64,000 nucleotides of DNA from the human T2T-CHM13v2.0 reference genome, Homo sapiens. The notes beneath the pieces were generated by a model that made no database searches, was not told the origin of the DNA, and saw nothing but the letters and a program-made list of their open reading frames with translations. A program made the position numbers and the translations under genes. Every line of letters starts with the position of its first letter. The stretch's first letter is position 1. The stretch lies in NCBI RefSeq assembly GCF_009914755.1, contig NC_060938.1, one strand, 5' to 3'. Positions 1-19,559 of the stretch are shown here, piece by piece.

Positions 1-3222
<3,222 letters not shown>

Positions 3223-3390
3223 CCGTAGAGGCCCTGCGGTCGGCGCTCCTAGCCAGGCGCGTCGGACTCTCCCCCACCAGTGTGCACAGCACCGGATCCG
3301 GATCCGGCTTCAGCGCCAGCCCCACCTCCTCCTCCACCGCCCGCGCCACAGTTGGGAACCGCGGCCCAGACGTGGCAGCGCCAACGCCTC
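3223..3390 (-). other. GNPNAT1: Non-coding first exon (5' UTR) of glucosamine-6-phosphate N-acetyltransferase; the gene continues off the left edge of the window
   Basis: Minus strand reads ...GGCTGGCGCTGAAGCCGGATCCGGATCCGGTGCTGTGCACAC...GGGCCTCTACGG|GTGAGG (donor GT at 3222-3221). This matches my recollection of the GNPNAT1 mRNA leader upstream of MKPDETPMF. No further CpG island for 60 kb fits the GNPNAT1-FERMT2 gap. TSS position approximate; identity recalled, not searched. Confidence 0.75.
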
Positions 3391-3469
3391 CACCTCGCCT
3401 CTGCCCCCTCACGCAGGGCCGCGCGCAGGCGAGCGGAGGCGGAGGCCAAGGCGCCACCCGCCCAGGCCC

Positions 3470-3570
3470 GGAGAGCGAGGGGCGGGGCCCGGAGAGCGGG
3501 GGCGGGACCAGGAGGCGAGGGGCGGGGCTCGGAGAGCGGGGGCGGGACCAGGAGGGCGAGGGGCGGGGCC
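3470..3570. promoter_or_regulatory. Tandem array of five Sp/KLF GC boxes (~20-bp unit)
   Basis: GGGGCGGG starts at 3479, 3499, 3519, 3539 and 3560. Confidence 0.85.
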
Positions 3571-3599
3571 TGAGGCTCGAGTCGCGGCGCCTGGGGCGG

Positions 3600-3720
3600 T
3601 GGCCGCCGGACCAAAGCTGGCCTCTCCCGGCTCCTCCTCCTCGCTCCCCAAGGCCTTTCCCACCGCGTCATTGTCTCGGTTTATCTGCAGATACGTCTAC
3701 CTAGCAGTCAGCCCAGCAGC
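3600..3720 (+). ncRNA. Putative first exon of a divergent lncRNA
   Basis: Donor AGC|GTAAGT at 3720/3721 at the outer edge of the CpG island, pointing away from the minus-strand gene; start position is a guess. Confidence 0.4.
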
Positions 3721-4000
3721 GTAAGTGGTGACCAGTGTGGGCCTCTTTGATCCTGAGACCGAAGGCTCGGCCACTGGCCCTCTCCATTTGTTCCTTGTTG
3801 CCCTCCCTTCATGATTCAATCCATTAATTAGGACTTTTCCTACCAGCTGGCAGTTCAGAGCTCCGCATCCCCAGGCCTCTGAGTCACAGTTCCTGCCTTC
3901 ATGAAACTAGGAGTTGGGGCCACTGCATTCTACTCCTTCGGGACTATTGTTTCATTTCTCAGTCCCTCAAACCCTTTATTGGATGAACATGGGGTTAGGA

Positions 4001-4236
4001 CAGCGGTTCTCCACTGCAACAGTTTTGCCTCCCAGGAGACATTTGGCAATGTATGAATCATTTTCAGCCTCTCATCTGGGGTGAGATGTCATTGGAATCT
4101 ACAGATGGTGGAGGGCACAGGTGAGTAGAGGCCGGGAATACTGCTTCACGCCTTACAGTGCGCAGGACAGCGCCGCACAACAAAGAATTACCTGGCCTGA
4201 AATGTCTGGAGTGCTGAGGTTTAGAAACCTTTCGTT
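4001..4236. mobile_element. MER20 (hAT-Charlie)
   Basis: cagcggttctc...ggagacatttggcaatgt...caaagaatta...gctgaggtttagaaacc resembles the MER20 consensus. Confidence 0.8.
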
Positions 4237-5289
4237 AGGAGAAGAAAAGTGACTTTTTTCAGAGCCCCATTTCTGAAGTGTCTTACCTAAGTAGCACTTT
4301 GTCCCTATTTTAACAGATGAGGAAACAGAGGTTCAGAGATGTTACATAATTTACAAAAGTCTCATAGCTAGTAGCTCCCCTTCCTTGCCTTGTACCATAA
4401 TTTTCAATTTATTGAAATCGCAAAGTATTTTATTCTTAAGCAATAGTATTCAAAGAACCCCATAGATCATATACCAGAAATCATATTTTTTGCTCATTTG
4501 TGAGATTTAAATTTCAGTTAACTCCTTTACTGATTTATGCTTTCTCAGAACTTCAAACATCAGTGAGTTGATGGCATCCATATCTCTGTTTTTATCTCTG
4601 TTTTTACACCCATACATACAAAAGAATATATAGGGCATGAGCAGAATGTGGTGGTATGCATCCGTAGTCCCAGCTACTCCAGAGGCTGAGGCAGGAGGAT
4701 CACTTGAGCCCACAAGGTTGAATCCAGCCTGGACAATAGAGCAAGACCCTGTCTCTAAAAAAAAAAAAAAAAAAAAAAAGAATATGTAAGGCATAAATAA
4801 AATAAACACTCATGGCTGGGCGTAGTGGCTCACACCTGTAATTCCAACATTTTGGGAGGCCTAAGCAAGTGGATCTCTTGAGCCCAGGAGTTTGAGACCA
4901 GTCTGTGCAACATGGTAAAAACCTGTCTCTACAAAAAAAAATACTGAAAATTAGGCAGGCATGGTGGCATGTGCCTGTAGTCCCATCTACTCAGGAGGCT
5001 GAGGTAGGAGGATAACCTGAGCCCGGGAGGCAGAGGCTGCTGTGAGCCATGATTGCAAGACTGCACTCCAGTCTGGGCCACAGAGCAAGACCCTGTCTCA
5101 AAACAAACAAAAATTTAAAAAAATGCTTATGTACACACCACTAATCTTAAGCATATGGCCCTCCCCGTTTTTCTTATCAGACTTCTGGTCAAATGTTTTC
5201 AGTGAGTTTATCCTGTACAACAAACTGCTGTATGTTTTATAAATTAGCAAAAAGTGAAACATAAGCAATTCTAAAATCACAGAACACAA

Positions 5290-5520
5290 GGCTTGTAAGA
5301 GGTACCCCCAGAGATCTCATACTTTCCACATATACTCCTCCTTACCCACATTGGGCCATAAGAACCCAATTTCTCCTTAATAGACAAGGTCGATTACTCT
5401 GGCCAGTACAGTTAACCCCTTTCTTTGCCTGTAGGTTCACTTGGCAATGAGGAGCCCAAGATAACCAGGAGACAGTCTCAACTTCTGGTTTAATGGAACC
5501 ATTGGTATGTCCTTTGGTTG
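5290..5520 (-). mobile_element. ERVL/MaLR internal fragment
   Basis: Minus strand encodes a degenerate VPLNQKLRLSPGYLGLL, typical of the ERVL-class internal region. Confidence 0.6.
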
Positions 5521-5572
5521 ATTTTTATTTATTTTTCTAGATTCTTAGAAGAAATGCTGCATTCACCATTAT

Positions 5573-5606
<34 letters not shown>

Positions 5607-6205
5607 AGAGGGAGTCTTACTCTGTAGCCCAGGCTGGAGTGCAGTGGTGTGATCTCAGCTCACTGCAACCTCCACCTCCTGGGTTCCAATTAAGCAATTC
5701 TCCTGCCTCAGCCTCTTGAGTAGCTGGAATTACAGGTGCGCACTACCACACCCAGCTAATTTTTGTATTTTTAGTAGAGATGGGGTTTCACCATGTTGGC
5801 CAGGCTGGTCTTGAACTCCTGACCTTGTGATCCACCCACCTGGGCCTCCCAAAGTGCTAAGATTACAGGTGTGAGCCACCGCGTCTGACCAACAACAATA
5901 TTCTCATTGGCACAAATAAGGCTATTACGTGGATAAACATAGATGTCAGTGATTGAGTTGAGAAGTGATTCAGGAACGTTGGCCTGAATGAGAAGTTTAA
6001 GAATACCTTGGCCGGGTACCATGGTTAACACCTGTAATCCCAGCACTTTGGGAGGCCAAGGCGGGCAGATCACGAGGTCAGGAGTTCAAGACCAGCCTGG
6101 CCAACATAGTGAAACTCTGTCTCTCAGAAAAAATACAAAAATTAGCTGGTGTGCTGGCACATGCCTGTAGTCCCAGCTACTCGGGAGGCTGAGACAGGAG
6201 AATCA

Positions 6206-6337
<132 letters not shown>

Positions 6338-6710
6338 TTAATGTTTGCACAGGAATTAGATATAACAATCCATGTCTAATTAAGTATAGAAGAGTTGTTT
6401 CACTAGGTATTACAAGTTCCAAGTGATAAGATATTATAATTTTAAATTAGCCACATTGTTTCTTTCTTAGTGGTATATAAATTAATGGCGTGTCATACAA
6501 TGGATGTGTCTAAGATTGGATGAAATATGGTACAGGCCAGGCACGGTGGCTCACGCCTGTACCATTCCAGCACTTTGGGAGGCTGAGGTGGGTGGATCAT
6601 GAGGTCAAGAGATCGAGACCATCCTGGCCAACATGGTAAAATCCTGTCTCTACTAAAAATGCAAAAATTAGCTGGGCGTAGTGGCACACGCCTGTAGTCC
6701 CAGCTACTCA

Positions 6711-6857
<147 letters not shown>

Positions 6858-6874
6858 TTAAAGTTATAATTCTC

Positions 6875-7243
6875 TGTTATGGTTTTAATGTCCCCTCCAA
6901 AACTCACATTGAGATTTAATTGCCATGGTACAGTATTAAGAGGGTGAGGCCCTTAAGGGGTGATTAGGTCATGAGAGCTCTTCCCTCACATAATATGGAT
7001 TAATGCTGTTACCGTGGGAGTGGTTTCCTGATAAAATGGATGAGTTCAGCTCCTCCCTGTCTTTCTTTCTCTTACACTACTCCTTCCATGTGATGCCTTC
7101 AGCCATGGGGTGACCCTCAACAGATACTGGTACTATGCTCTTGCACTTCCCAGCCTCCAGAACTGTGAGCCAAATATGCTTCTTTTTATTATGAATTACC
7201 CAGTCTTGGTATTCTATTACAGTAGTAGAAAATAGGCGAAGAC
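6875..7243. mobile_element. MaLR LTR (MST/MLT1A-like)
   Basis: tgttatggttttaatgtcccctccaaaactcac...cccagcctccagaactgtgag...gaagaca. Confidence 0.8.
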
Positions 7244-7303
7244 ATTCTCTAAACATGTTTATAAATTATTTCATTTGATCCTCATATGAATCCTGTGACA
7301 TAA

Positions 7304-7528
<225 letters not shown>

Positions 7529-7687
7529 TAAAGATGAGGTTTCACCACATTGCTCAGGCTAGTCTCGAACTCATGACTAGCCATGAGTTCAAGCCATCAT
7601 GTGCCCACCTCAGCCTCCCAACTGCTGGGATGATAGGCATGAGCCACTGTACCCAGCTATAATTTTTCTTTTTTTTATGAGTGAGGC

Positions 7688-9057
<1,370 letters not shown>

Positions 9058-9094
9058 CTTTTTTTCTTTATAGACATTTGAACTTAAGAACTCA

Positions 9095-9229
<135 letters not shown>

Positions 9230-9409
9230 TTAGCCAGGTGTGGTGGTACGCGCCTGTAGTCCCAGCTACTCTAGAGGCTGAGGCAGGAGAATTCACTTGA
9301 ACCTGGGAGGTGGAGGTTGAAAAAAAAAAAATAACAACCTTGAAATATTACAGAAATATAGAACAAAGAGTGATCAGTCTCCTTATTTCTGCCTTCAAAG
9401 ATAACCACC

Positions 9410-9774
9410 GTGTTAGTCCGTTTTCACACTGCTATAAAGATACTACCTGAGACTGGGTAATTTATAAACAAAAGAGGGTTTAATTGATTCAGTTCCACAT
9501 GGCTGGGGAGGCCTCAGGAAACTTACAGTCACGGTGGAAGGTGAGAGGAAGCAAGGCACACCTTCACAAGGCAGGAGGGAGACAGAACAAACAGGAAACT
9601 GCCAAACACTTTCAAAACCATCAGCTCTCGTGAGAACTCCCTCACTATCACAAGAACAGCATGGGGGAAACCGCCCTCATGGTCCAATCACCTCCCACCA
9701 GGTCCCTCCCTCAACACATGGGGGTTGCAATTTGAGATGAGATTTGGGTGGGGACACAGAGCCAAACCATATCA
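9410..9774. mobile_element. MSTA-like MaLR LTR
   Basis: tgttagtccgttttcacactgctataaag...gagccaaaccatatca. Confidence 0.85.
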
Positions 9775-10014
9775 ACCACAGTTAACAGCTTGATAGATGT
9801 TTCTTCAGACTGCCTGGGTTTCATTTTCAGCCCTTCCATTTAGCTGACCACCTTGGACAAATGATTTGTCCTCACATTGTCCCAGTTTTCTCATGTCAGT
9901 GTAATAGTACAGGCTTGCAGAGTTTGATGAAGGTTTAATAAAATAATATATGTAAAGTGTTCAGCATTGTGCCTGACATATAGTACGTGCTTAATAAATG
10001 CTGGTTTGTGTACA

Positions 10015-10393
10015 TATATTTGCATATAGTCAGAATAAGTCTGCAATAACAAACAACCTCCCAAATCTCTGTGGCTTAACACAATAAGTTTTTTTTTGTC
10101 TTACACCAATTGTTAGGGCACTTTCTCCATGTAATCACTCAGGGATAGAGGCTAATGGCAGTTCCACCCTATTCTGGTCAAAATCTGAAATACATGACAT
10201 CTTTAGTGACCAGAATAGTGAAAAGAGACTGGAAAATCATGCATGGAACTTTTACTGCCTGATCCCATAATTGACATACTTCCCTTACGCTCACAATTTA
10301 TTTGCCATGTTAGTAATTGTAACCCTGCCTAGCTACCAAGTTAGCAGGGAAATTCAGAGTAGAGAATATTTGGTGACTGCTTAACCTCTGTCA
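10015..10393. mobile_element. Old MLT1-family LTR
   Basis: taacaaacaacctcccaaatctctgtggcttaacacaataag motif. Confidence 0.6.
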
Positions 10394-10448
10394 CAATCCA
10401 CATGTTTTTTCCCTAGCATCGTATAATACTGTCCAAACTCTGTTGTAA

Positions 10449-10908
10449 TTTTTTTTTTTTTGGCATGTGACATTGCTTTCTTTTAATTGAAGTGAAGGCA
10501 AAACCTGGTCACGTTCAGAGATTAACAGCCTCATCCAGGTGGTCAAGTACAATTTTGTCTTTCTTGGTTAACCAGGTCCTAATTTCAACGTATTTCCATA
10601 TGTTCTTTAAAATCACCTGAAACTGCCCTGCGCAGGCTCACACCACGGCTCTGTACCAAGGGCTTGGACCCGCCTGCAGCCAGACGGCATCTCACTAGAT
10701 GTCATCATCATCAAAGAGATCTTCAAAACCATTTAAAAAGTCTACATGAACAGCCTTTTCATTAGTTGCCAAGTCCATCAAGAACCTGGTGCTGCCTCCC
10801 GCCTCGTCCAGGTCCACGTAGGGCCCGGCGCCCTTGGAAACATCTCATCCACGGCCAGCTACATCTTGGGCTGCGGCGCTCTAGGCCCACTTCCGGCCAC
10901 GGGGCCGC
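10449..10908 (-). pseudogene. Processed pseudogene of COP9 signalosome subunit 9 (COPS9/MYEOV2)
   Basis: Minus-strand CDS relic 10864-10692 translates [55 protein letters not shown], versus COPS9 [57 protein letters not shown]. It is intronless and 173 nt instead of 174 (1-nt deletion), with a stop at codon 2. ATTAAA signal at 10487-10482 and A-tail at 10461-10449. Confidence 0.95.
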
Positions 10909-10949
10909 TTCCTATTTTTCTATTTTTTAACAACTCCCCATATTAATAT

Positions 10950-11310
10950 TCATTCACTCATTGACTGTTAAGCCCTTCTATGTATCAGGAATTGTTCTAG
11001 GTACTAGGACATATCAGTTAAGAAAACATTTGTTAATCCTTGCCTTCATGTAGTTTATTAGATTGTGAACAGATCAGAAAAAAACATGTAAAAAATTATA
11101 AAATGTTAGGTGATCAAAGTTATGGTGAAAAACAGGAAAGGGAAGAGGCAGAAGGAGTGTTGAGGTGCAGTGTTAAATAGAGTAGTCAGAGAAGACCTCT
11201 CTGAAATGTCATTTGAGTTAAATTCTGAAAGGTGTGAGGAAGTCAGCCTTGTGACTATGTCTAGAGGAAGAGCATTCCAAGAAAATAAAACTGTCAGAGT
11301 GGCTTGGTGA
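10950..11310 (-). mobile_element. L2 3' fragment
   Basis: cattcactcatt...aggtactagg...gaagacctctctgaaatgtcatttgag, L2 3'-end signature. Confidence 0.7.
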
Positions 11311-11332
11311 TGCCTGAAAATGCATTTTACTA

Positions 11333-11807
<475 letters not shown>

Positions 11808-12162
11808 CTAAATTCTTAATCATGTCTTATCCTTTTTTATTCCCCTCTTTGTATCATTTCCTTCAAAGTGATTGGACGTATAATAAAATATCTATTAAAA
11901 AATAGTAAATTGAGAAGTAAAACTTAGTGATGGCTTTACTAAGTATGTCAGTCTCTAATTCTTATAGCATTTTACTATGTTGAGGATGTAAAAAAGCAGA
12001 TTGCAGAAAATATTATATCTACAAGCAATTTAAACGTTTTTAGCATTAGGGCCGGGAGCAGTGGCTAACGTGTGATCCCAGCACTTTGGGAGGCCAAGGC
12101 AGGTGCATCGCGAGATCAGGAGATTGAGACCATCCTGGCCAACATGGTGAAACTCGTCTCTA

Positions 12163-12300
<138 letters not shown>

Positions 12301-12776
12301 CTACAGCCTGGGCGATGGAGGGAGACTCTGTCTAAAAAAAAAAAAAAAGGTTTTTAGCATTAAAGAGCTGGTACTGCCAGACAGTATGATTTACACCTGT
12401 AATCCCAGCACTTTGAGAGCCTGAGGTCTCAAGAGTTTGAGACCAGCCTGGGCAATACAGTGAGGCTCCATCTCTACAAAAAATAAAAAACAAAATTAGC
12501 CAGGCATGGTGCTACAAGCCTGTAGTCCCAGCTACTCAGGAGGCTGAGGTGGGATTGATCACACTACTGCACTCCAGCCTGAGCAACAGAGCAAACCCTG
12601 TCTCAAAAAAAAAAAAAAAAAAAGTTGGTTCAAAAATACTTTGGATATTTTTTCAAGCAATTGGACAGATGCAAGGTACAATTGGAAAATAAACCTTTCT
12701 TAGTCACATACTTATGATTCTTTCACTTAAATTTATTCTTTCGGGCCAGGCACGGTGGCTCAAACCTGTAATCTCA

Positions 12777-12998
<222 letters not shown>

Positions 12999-14099
12999 CT
13001 AGGTGACAGAGTGAGAGTCAGTCTCAAAAAAAAAAATAAATTATGTTTTCAGTTTATTTACTTACTGTTGCCATAGAAACAGGCTACACTGCCTAAACAT
13101 TTTGAGTAAATTCTACATTTTTTGCTTAAGATGCCCAAGAGTCTCAACAATTAGATGATTGTCATTGAAGCAAAAAATGAAATCAGCCTCATTCAGTCCA
13201 AACAGTTTGCTCAACTCCCTAAACCTTATTTAACTTGATTGTGAGGTCACTTCCAGACACCACTGGGAGTTTCTCTAAAAGACCACTCACTTAGAACCAC
13301 CCTGCACTGAAGGGAAGTGGTGACAAGCTGCTCAAGTAGTAAGGAAGAACTCTTGTCACAGACAAATTTGTCAGTGTTAGTCACACAACTAGAACATAAT
13401 GTTTAAACGAAAATGTATGACATTGCTGGAAAGCTATGTCGGAAGAACTGCGGCCAAAGCAAAGAGAATTACAGACATAAGGAGAATTGCACTTTCATGA
13501 CATGAATAACTTAGAAGACTGGTACATAAAAAAAAGCTCTGTGTTTTGTTTTCAGTTTGGTTTTCATAATTTAGTTCACCCTAATTGTAATCTATTTGAT
13601 ATGAGGCAAAATCTCTATTTTGAGAACAATGTTGTTACCTTAGAAAGGAAGGGTTACGGCATTATGCTGACATGCAGTTGGAAACATTTTTAGGATTTGG
13701 AATGATTTATTTTTTAGTATCAGACTATCTAAGCATAGCCTTTATCTAATCATAAAAACAGTTTTGGAATAGTGGCCATACCTCAGTGTCAAACACAGAA
13801 AACATAAGGCATAATCATAATCTAACAGTCACCCAAGTTGCTTTGAGGCCATAAACAGTAGTTTTCATCTCTGAACCTCAATTTTCTCATCTGAAAAATG
13901 GAAACACAAAATACCTTTTTTGTGTTTTGTGTAGTTTTGTTTTGTTTGTGTTGTGTTGTGTTGTTGTTGGGTTTTTCGTTTGTTTGTCTTTGTTTTGAGA
14001 CAGGGTCTCGCTCTGTTACCCATCCTGGAGTACAGCTCACTGCAGCCTCGACCTCCCAGGCTCAGGCTATCCTCCACTTCAGCCTGAGATATCAAAGCT

Positions 14100-14690
14100 A
14101 AAACATGAAAAATGAAGAAGAGTTGGCTAAGAGGGGAAAGTAGTTTAGTTGGCTAAGAGGGGAAAGTAGTTTAGGCAGAGGATCCAGCATTGAATTGATT
14201 TTGAAGTAGTGTCGAAAGGAAAGCCAACATGGCTACATTGTAGAGAGACAGGATCCAGATCTTGGAGGCTTTATAAAGGATTTGGCCTTTGTACTGAAGG
14301 TAGTGGAAAGCCATTTAAGTTTTTTGTTTGTTTCTTTGCTTTTTGGTTTATATATTTAAGCAGGGAAGTGACGTGATCACTTGCATTTTAAAAAGATCAT
14401 TCTGGGCACTATGTACAGAATGGAGGAGATGATGGCGCACAAACACTGTAATATATATGTGGGTAAGCCAATTAGGAGGCAGCTGGAGGAAATGGATTGG
14501 GGACTGACAGAGAAGGGGGAAAATATGGACTGATTCATGAGATATTTAAGAAATAGGATCAGTAGATCGTGAGGTAAGGATGAATGAATCAAGGATGACT
14601 TTCAGATTTTTGGCTTAAGCTAATGGGTGGAGGCCATTTACTTAAACAGGGAATACTCAAGGAGGGGAAGGCTTGGGAAGGAGAATCGTG
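14100..14690 (-). mobile_element. L2 fragment
   Basis: gaagtgacgtgatcacttgcattttaaaaagatcattctgg...aatcaaggatgactttcagatttttggc. Confidence 0.7.
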
Positions 14691-15021
14691 AATCATAGTT
14701 GATCATCACATGAATACACAATAAGCCAGTGAGAGTACTAAAGTCTCAGGGTGCAAATCACATATATATGTGTGCAAACACAGGTTCTCATAAAAATCAT
14801 ACTTACGGCTTACTCACTAAATCTTGCTTTATAAGTTCTGGATGATTCTTTCCTTTCAATAGTCTCTTCCAATCCTATTCATGGGCATTTCTGATCTTTT
14901 CAGACCAGGTCTTGGGTGTTGTAGTGGTTGGAGCTTCAAACTGCACATTTTGGAGGCTTTTCTTTTCTATAGATTTCAAAACTTCTTGTTTTTTTCTCTT
15001 ATCCTTTGGCCTTGCACTTAG

Positions 15022-15650
15022 GATCTGATTTCATCTAAAGATCGCTTCCACAGCTTGATCTTGTTAAAGTTCTTATACTTTTTATTTTCTTTATTGGATT
15101 CTATAATAATATACTCAACTGCTTTGTATTGTCTTCCCTATGTTGTACCAACCTCCAAAACTAAATATAAAACAAGAAAACTATTTTGAAGGAAAAAGCA
15201 TATTTTATCACAAGCTAATATTGCTAATGTTTATGGGGACACCTGTTTTACAGTAACAAAACAAGGTTTAACTGAATTCTTTCAGTCTTCTTAAAATGTA
15301 CAGCTCAAAACAATAATACAGAAAAGTTGAAAACAGTAAGGAAGAGAATAGCAGGCAAATACTCAACAAAAAAAAGGTAGCATAGATCTATTAATATCAG
15401 AAAAAAGCAGTATTTTAAGGCAAAAGCATTACTAAAGATAAAAAAGGTCACTAGATATGATAAAATGATCCAAATCCAAGAATGAGAGGAATTAGAGACA
15501 AATCCCACAATCATAATGAGAGATGTTAACATCTATTTCTATAGTGATAGGTCAAGCAGACAAAACGATAAAATCAGCCAGGCAGATGGCTAACGCCTGT
15601 AATCCTAGTGTTTTGGGAGGCTGAGGTAGGAGGATCCTTTGAGTCCAGGA
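15022..15650 (+). repeat. Inverted duplication, left copy
   Basis: Reverse complement of ~25810-26752 (minus an Alu); ORFs 15305..15532(-) and 25929..26156(+) are near-identical translations. Confidence 0.95.
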
Positions 15651-16174
15651 GTTCAAGACCAGCCTGGCAACACAGCCAGATCCTCCCTCTACAAAAAATA
15701 AAAAGTAAAAGTCAGCCAAGGGTGATGGCATGTGCCTGTAGTCCCAGTTACTAGGGAGGTTGAGGTAGGAGGATCACTTGAGCCCAGAAGTTCAAAGTTA
15801 CAGTGAACTATGATCCTTCCACTGCACTCCAGTCTGAGTAACTGAGCGATACCCTGTCTCAAAAAAAAAAAAAAAAAAAAAAACCTTCGAACAATCAAGT
15901 TGATTGGCAACTAACCTGACTGTAATACTAACCTGTGGGCCAATATAAACTTCAAAACTCTGAAAAAAGCCAACAAAATTTAAATATTTAACAACATAGT
16001 ATTTAATGTCTGATATCCAATAAGAAATTATTAGACATAGAAAAAAAGTAGCAGGGCCTGGGCGCAGTGGCTCATGCCAGTAATCCCAGCACTTTGGGAG
16101 GCCGAGGCTGGTGGATCACAAGGTTAGGAGTTTGAGGCCAGTCTGGCCAACATAGTGAAACCCCGTCTCTACTA

Positions 16175-16638
<464 letters not shown>

Positions 16639-17227
16639 TCAAAAAAAAAAAAGAAAAAAAGCAGCAAATTGTGAACCAGAAAATTATATCTATGTAGACA
16701 CAGTTTAATATTAACATTATAATACACAATGTTCAAATATATAAACATTGTATATAGATAGTATATGTCATATATAAATACACACATTTATATTTTTGTT
16801 CCAGTGCTTTTCACCTTGGCTAACTTCAATGTTAATGCCCCAAGAGAGATGATATTGTTTCAGAGTGTTACAGAAAAAAAGATACAGCAAGGTAGGTGGC
16901 TCCAAAATATATTTCATGCTAGATTGGGGAAAAGGGACATCTTCATGGGCTGTAAATTTCTCTCCACTTTTTTTTTTTAATGAGAAATCTCAAACAGGGA
17001 AGACAAATTTTAGTTTAAAAATCTCACTAGTACTACATAGCAGTCTCATCCAAATGCTGGTGAAACTTCTGAACATGATCATTCTAAAAGAGCATTTATT
17101 CTCCCCACACAAATGTCAAGTCTTCTGCTATTAACATCTATTGGGATTGGCATTCTCAATCACCCTTCCTAGTTCCTGGGATATTTCCCATCTACAATGG
17201 GAAGTATGAAGTTATTAATAAGCAGAA

Positions 17228-17557
17228 CAGTGGTTCTCAAATGTCCTGAGACCGGCAGCATCCACATCATCTGGGAATTTATTAGAAATATAAATTATTG
17301 GATTCCATCCACACTTAAAATTTTTTGTATTTTTGGTTGAGATGGGGTTTTACCATGTTAGCCAGGATGGTCTCGATCTCCTGACCTCGTGATCCGCCTG
17401 CCTCAGCTTCCCAAAGTGCTGGGATTACAGGCGTGAGCCACTGCACCCAGCCATCCCGCACTTACTGAATCAGAAACTATAGGAGTAGATTCTAGGAGTT
17501 TGTGTTTTAACAAGCCTTTCAGGTTATTCAAAATCTTGTTCAAATTTAAGAACTACC
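17228..17557. mobile_element. MER5A (hAT-Charlie) interrupted by an Alu left-arm fragment
   Basis: cagtggttctcaaa...tactgaatcagaaact...tttaagaactac termini. Confidence 0.8.
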
Positions 17558-18296
17558 AAATTAGAAAATATTAGTGTACTAGTGGACATTAATGTCATGG
17601 ACCCGGGATCTTTCTGAGGGAATTTTTCAGGAAGATATGAAAAAGAACATAGAACAACTGCAACTAAACAAGAAGAACACCTGGATCTGCAAAAATAGGC
17701 CATCTGAGCCTCGTTGAGAATAGTCATGGGGCAGCTTTCGGTATTACAATGTGCCCTTTCTTTTCTGTCTTTCTTTCCTTCTGTCTTTCTTTTTTACCAT
17801 CTGAGACATGGAGATACGCATATCCTTCTTTGTATTATTGCTACTACTATGGCAAGAAGCACAAAGGAAAGTAGAAAAGAAAAAGGAAGACCTATCTTCT
17901 TTCTTTTTAGAAAAATTGTTTAATAATTTCCAGCTGAAGTGGGTATTTGGTATTTGCTCTTGTCTTTGCATCTCTCCATTCTTCTAACCGTAATTATAAA
18001 TCAGGAGTGTGAGGATGGTAGAATATGAGAATCACCTAGGGAGCTTTATCAGAATATATATCTCCCACACCCTTGCTAACTGAGATGTTGACAGAGCAGT
18101 GTGGGCGGACTAATACATATATGCTAAGAAAACTTCCTGTGATTCCGACCTACTTTTATCCTCACCTCTCCCTACACCCCACCAGTTGTCTTGGCCTTTT
18201 GTCAATGCAGGAGGAACTGTCAGGATCACCGAATTTATCTTCTATCCCCTAGTACTTACTAATATGCACCTACTACAACTTACTGCCATGCTGTGA

Positions 18297-18554
<258 letters not shown>

Positions 18555-18675
18555 TGAACTCATTACCTTGTGATCCACCTGCCTCGGCCTCCCAAAGTGC
18601 TGGGATTACAGGCATGAGCCACTGCTCCCGGCCGGGAATTTTATATTGTAATTTACTACACAAAAGAAACAACCA

Positions 18676-19020
<345 letters not shown>

Positions 19021-19559
19021 TCAAGTGCTATATGGTGTGATACAGACTTCAGGACTATGAAATCTGGAGAAGAACAAGATCTAGGTTTCTCACTCACTTT
19101 GACAACACTGTCTTCTCATCTTGGAATTTTTGGGGTCAGATGGCCCAAGCTGCTAAAAGGACAAATAGACATTCACATTCCATTCATGCATGTGAACAGA
19201 AAATGTAGAAGGGAAGAGTTACAGCAATTGCTTTGTGAAACACACCTGAAAATTATGGATGAAGTAGGGCCAAAATAGGCCAAGAACAAAAACAAGAAAA
19301 GCCTTTTGATGTAAAGCCACTGATCGGCCTGTGGTTATTTCGTGCTTCTCCATCCCTTTCCTGTTGCCTGATCCTCAGCCATTTTGCTTTTGGTTTATTT
19401 TTTCAGTAGTGAATAAGTAGGACAAGGATAAATTTTGGTGCAATTTATCTTGTACTCCCTAACAATAAAAGGTTTAGTGATGAGAACATTTCAAAGTATT
19501 GACTAAGCTTTATGTAGGATATACTGTGGAGTGAAAAACAAAAAACAAGGTGAGAATGG

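Noticed and set aside
3292-3307. 16-bp palindrome CCGGATCCGGATCCGG in the 5' UTR
   Set aside because: Simple hexamer duplication; no evidence of function.
13130-13525. Possible terminal exon of the candidate lost gene (minus-strand acceptor near 13520)
   Set aside because: Only a modest acceptor and a short frame with a stop; not distinguishable from chance.
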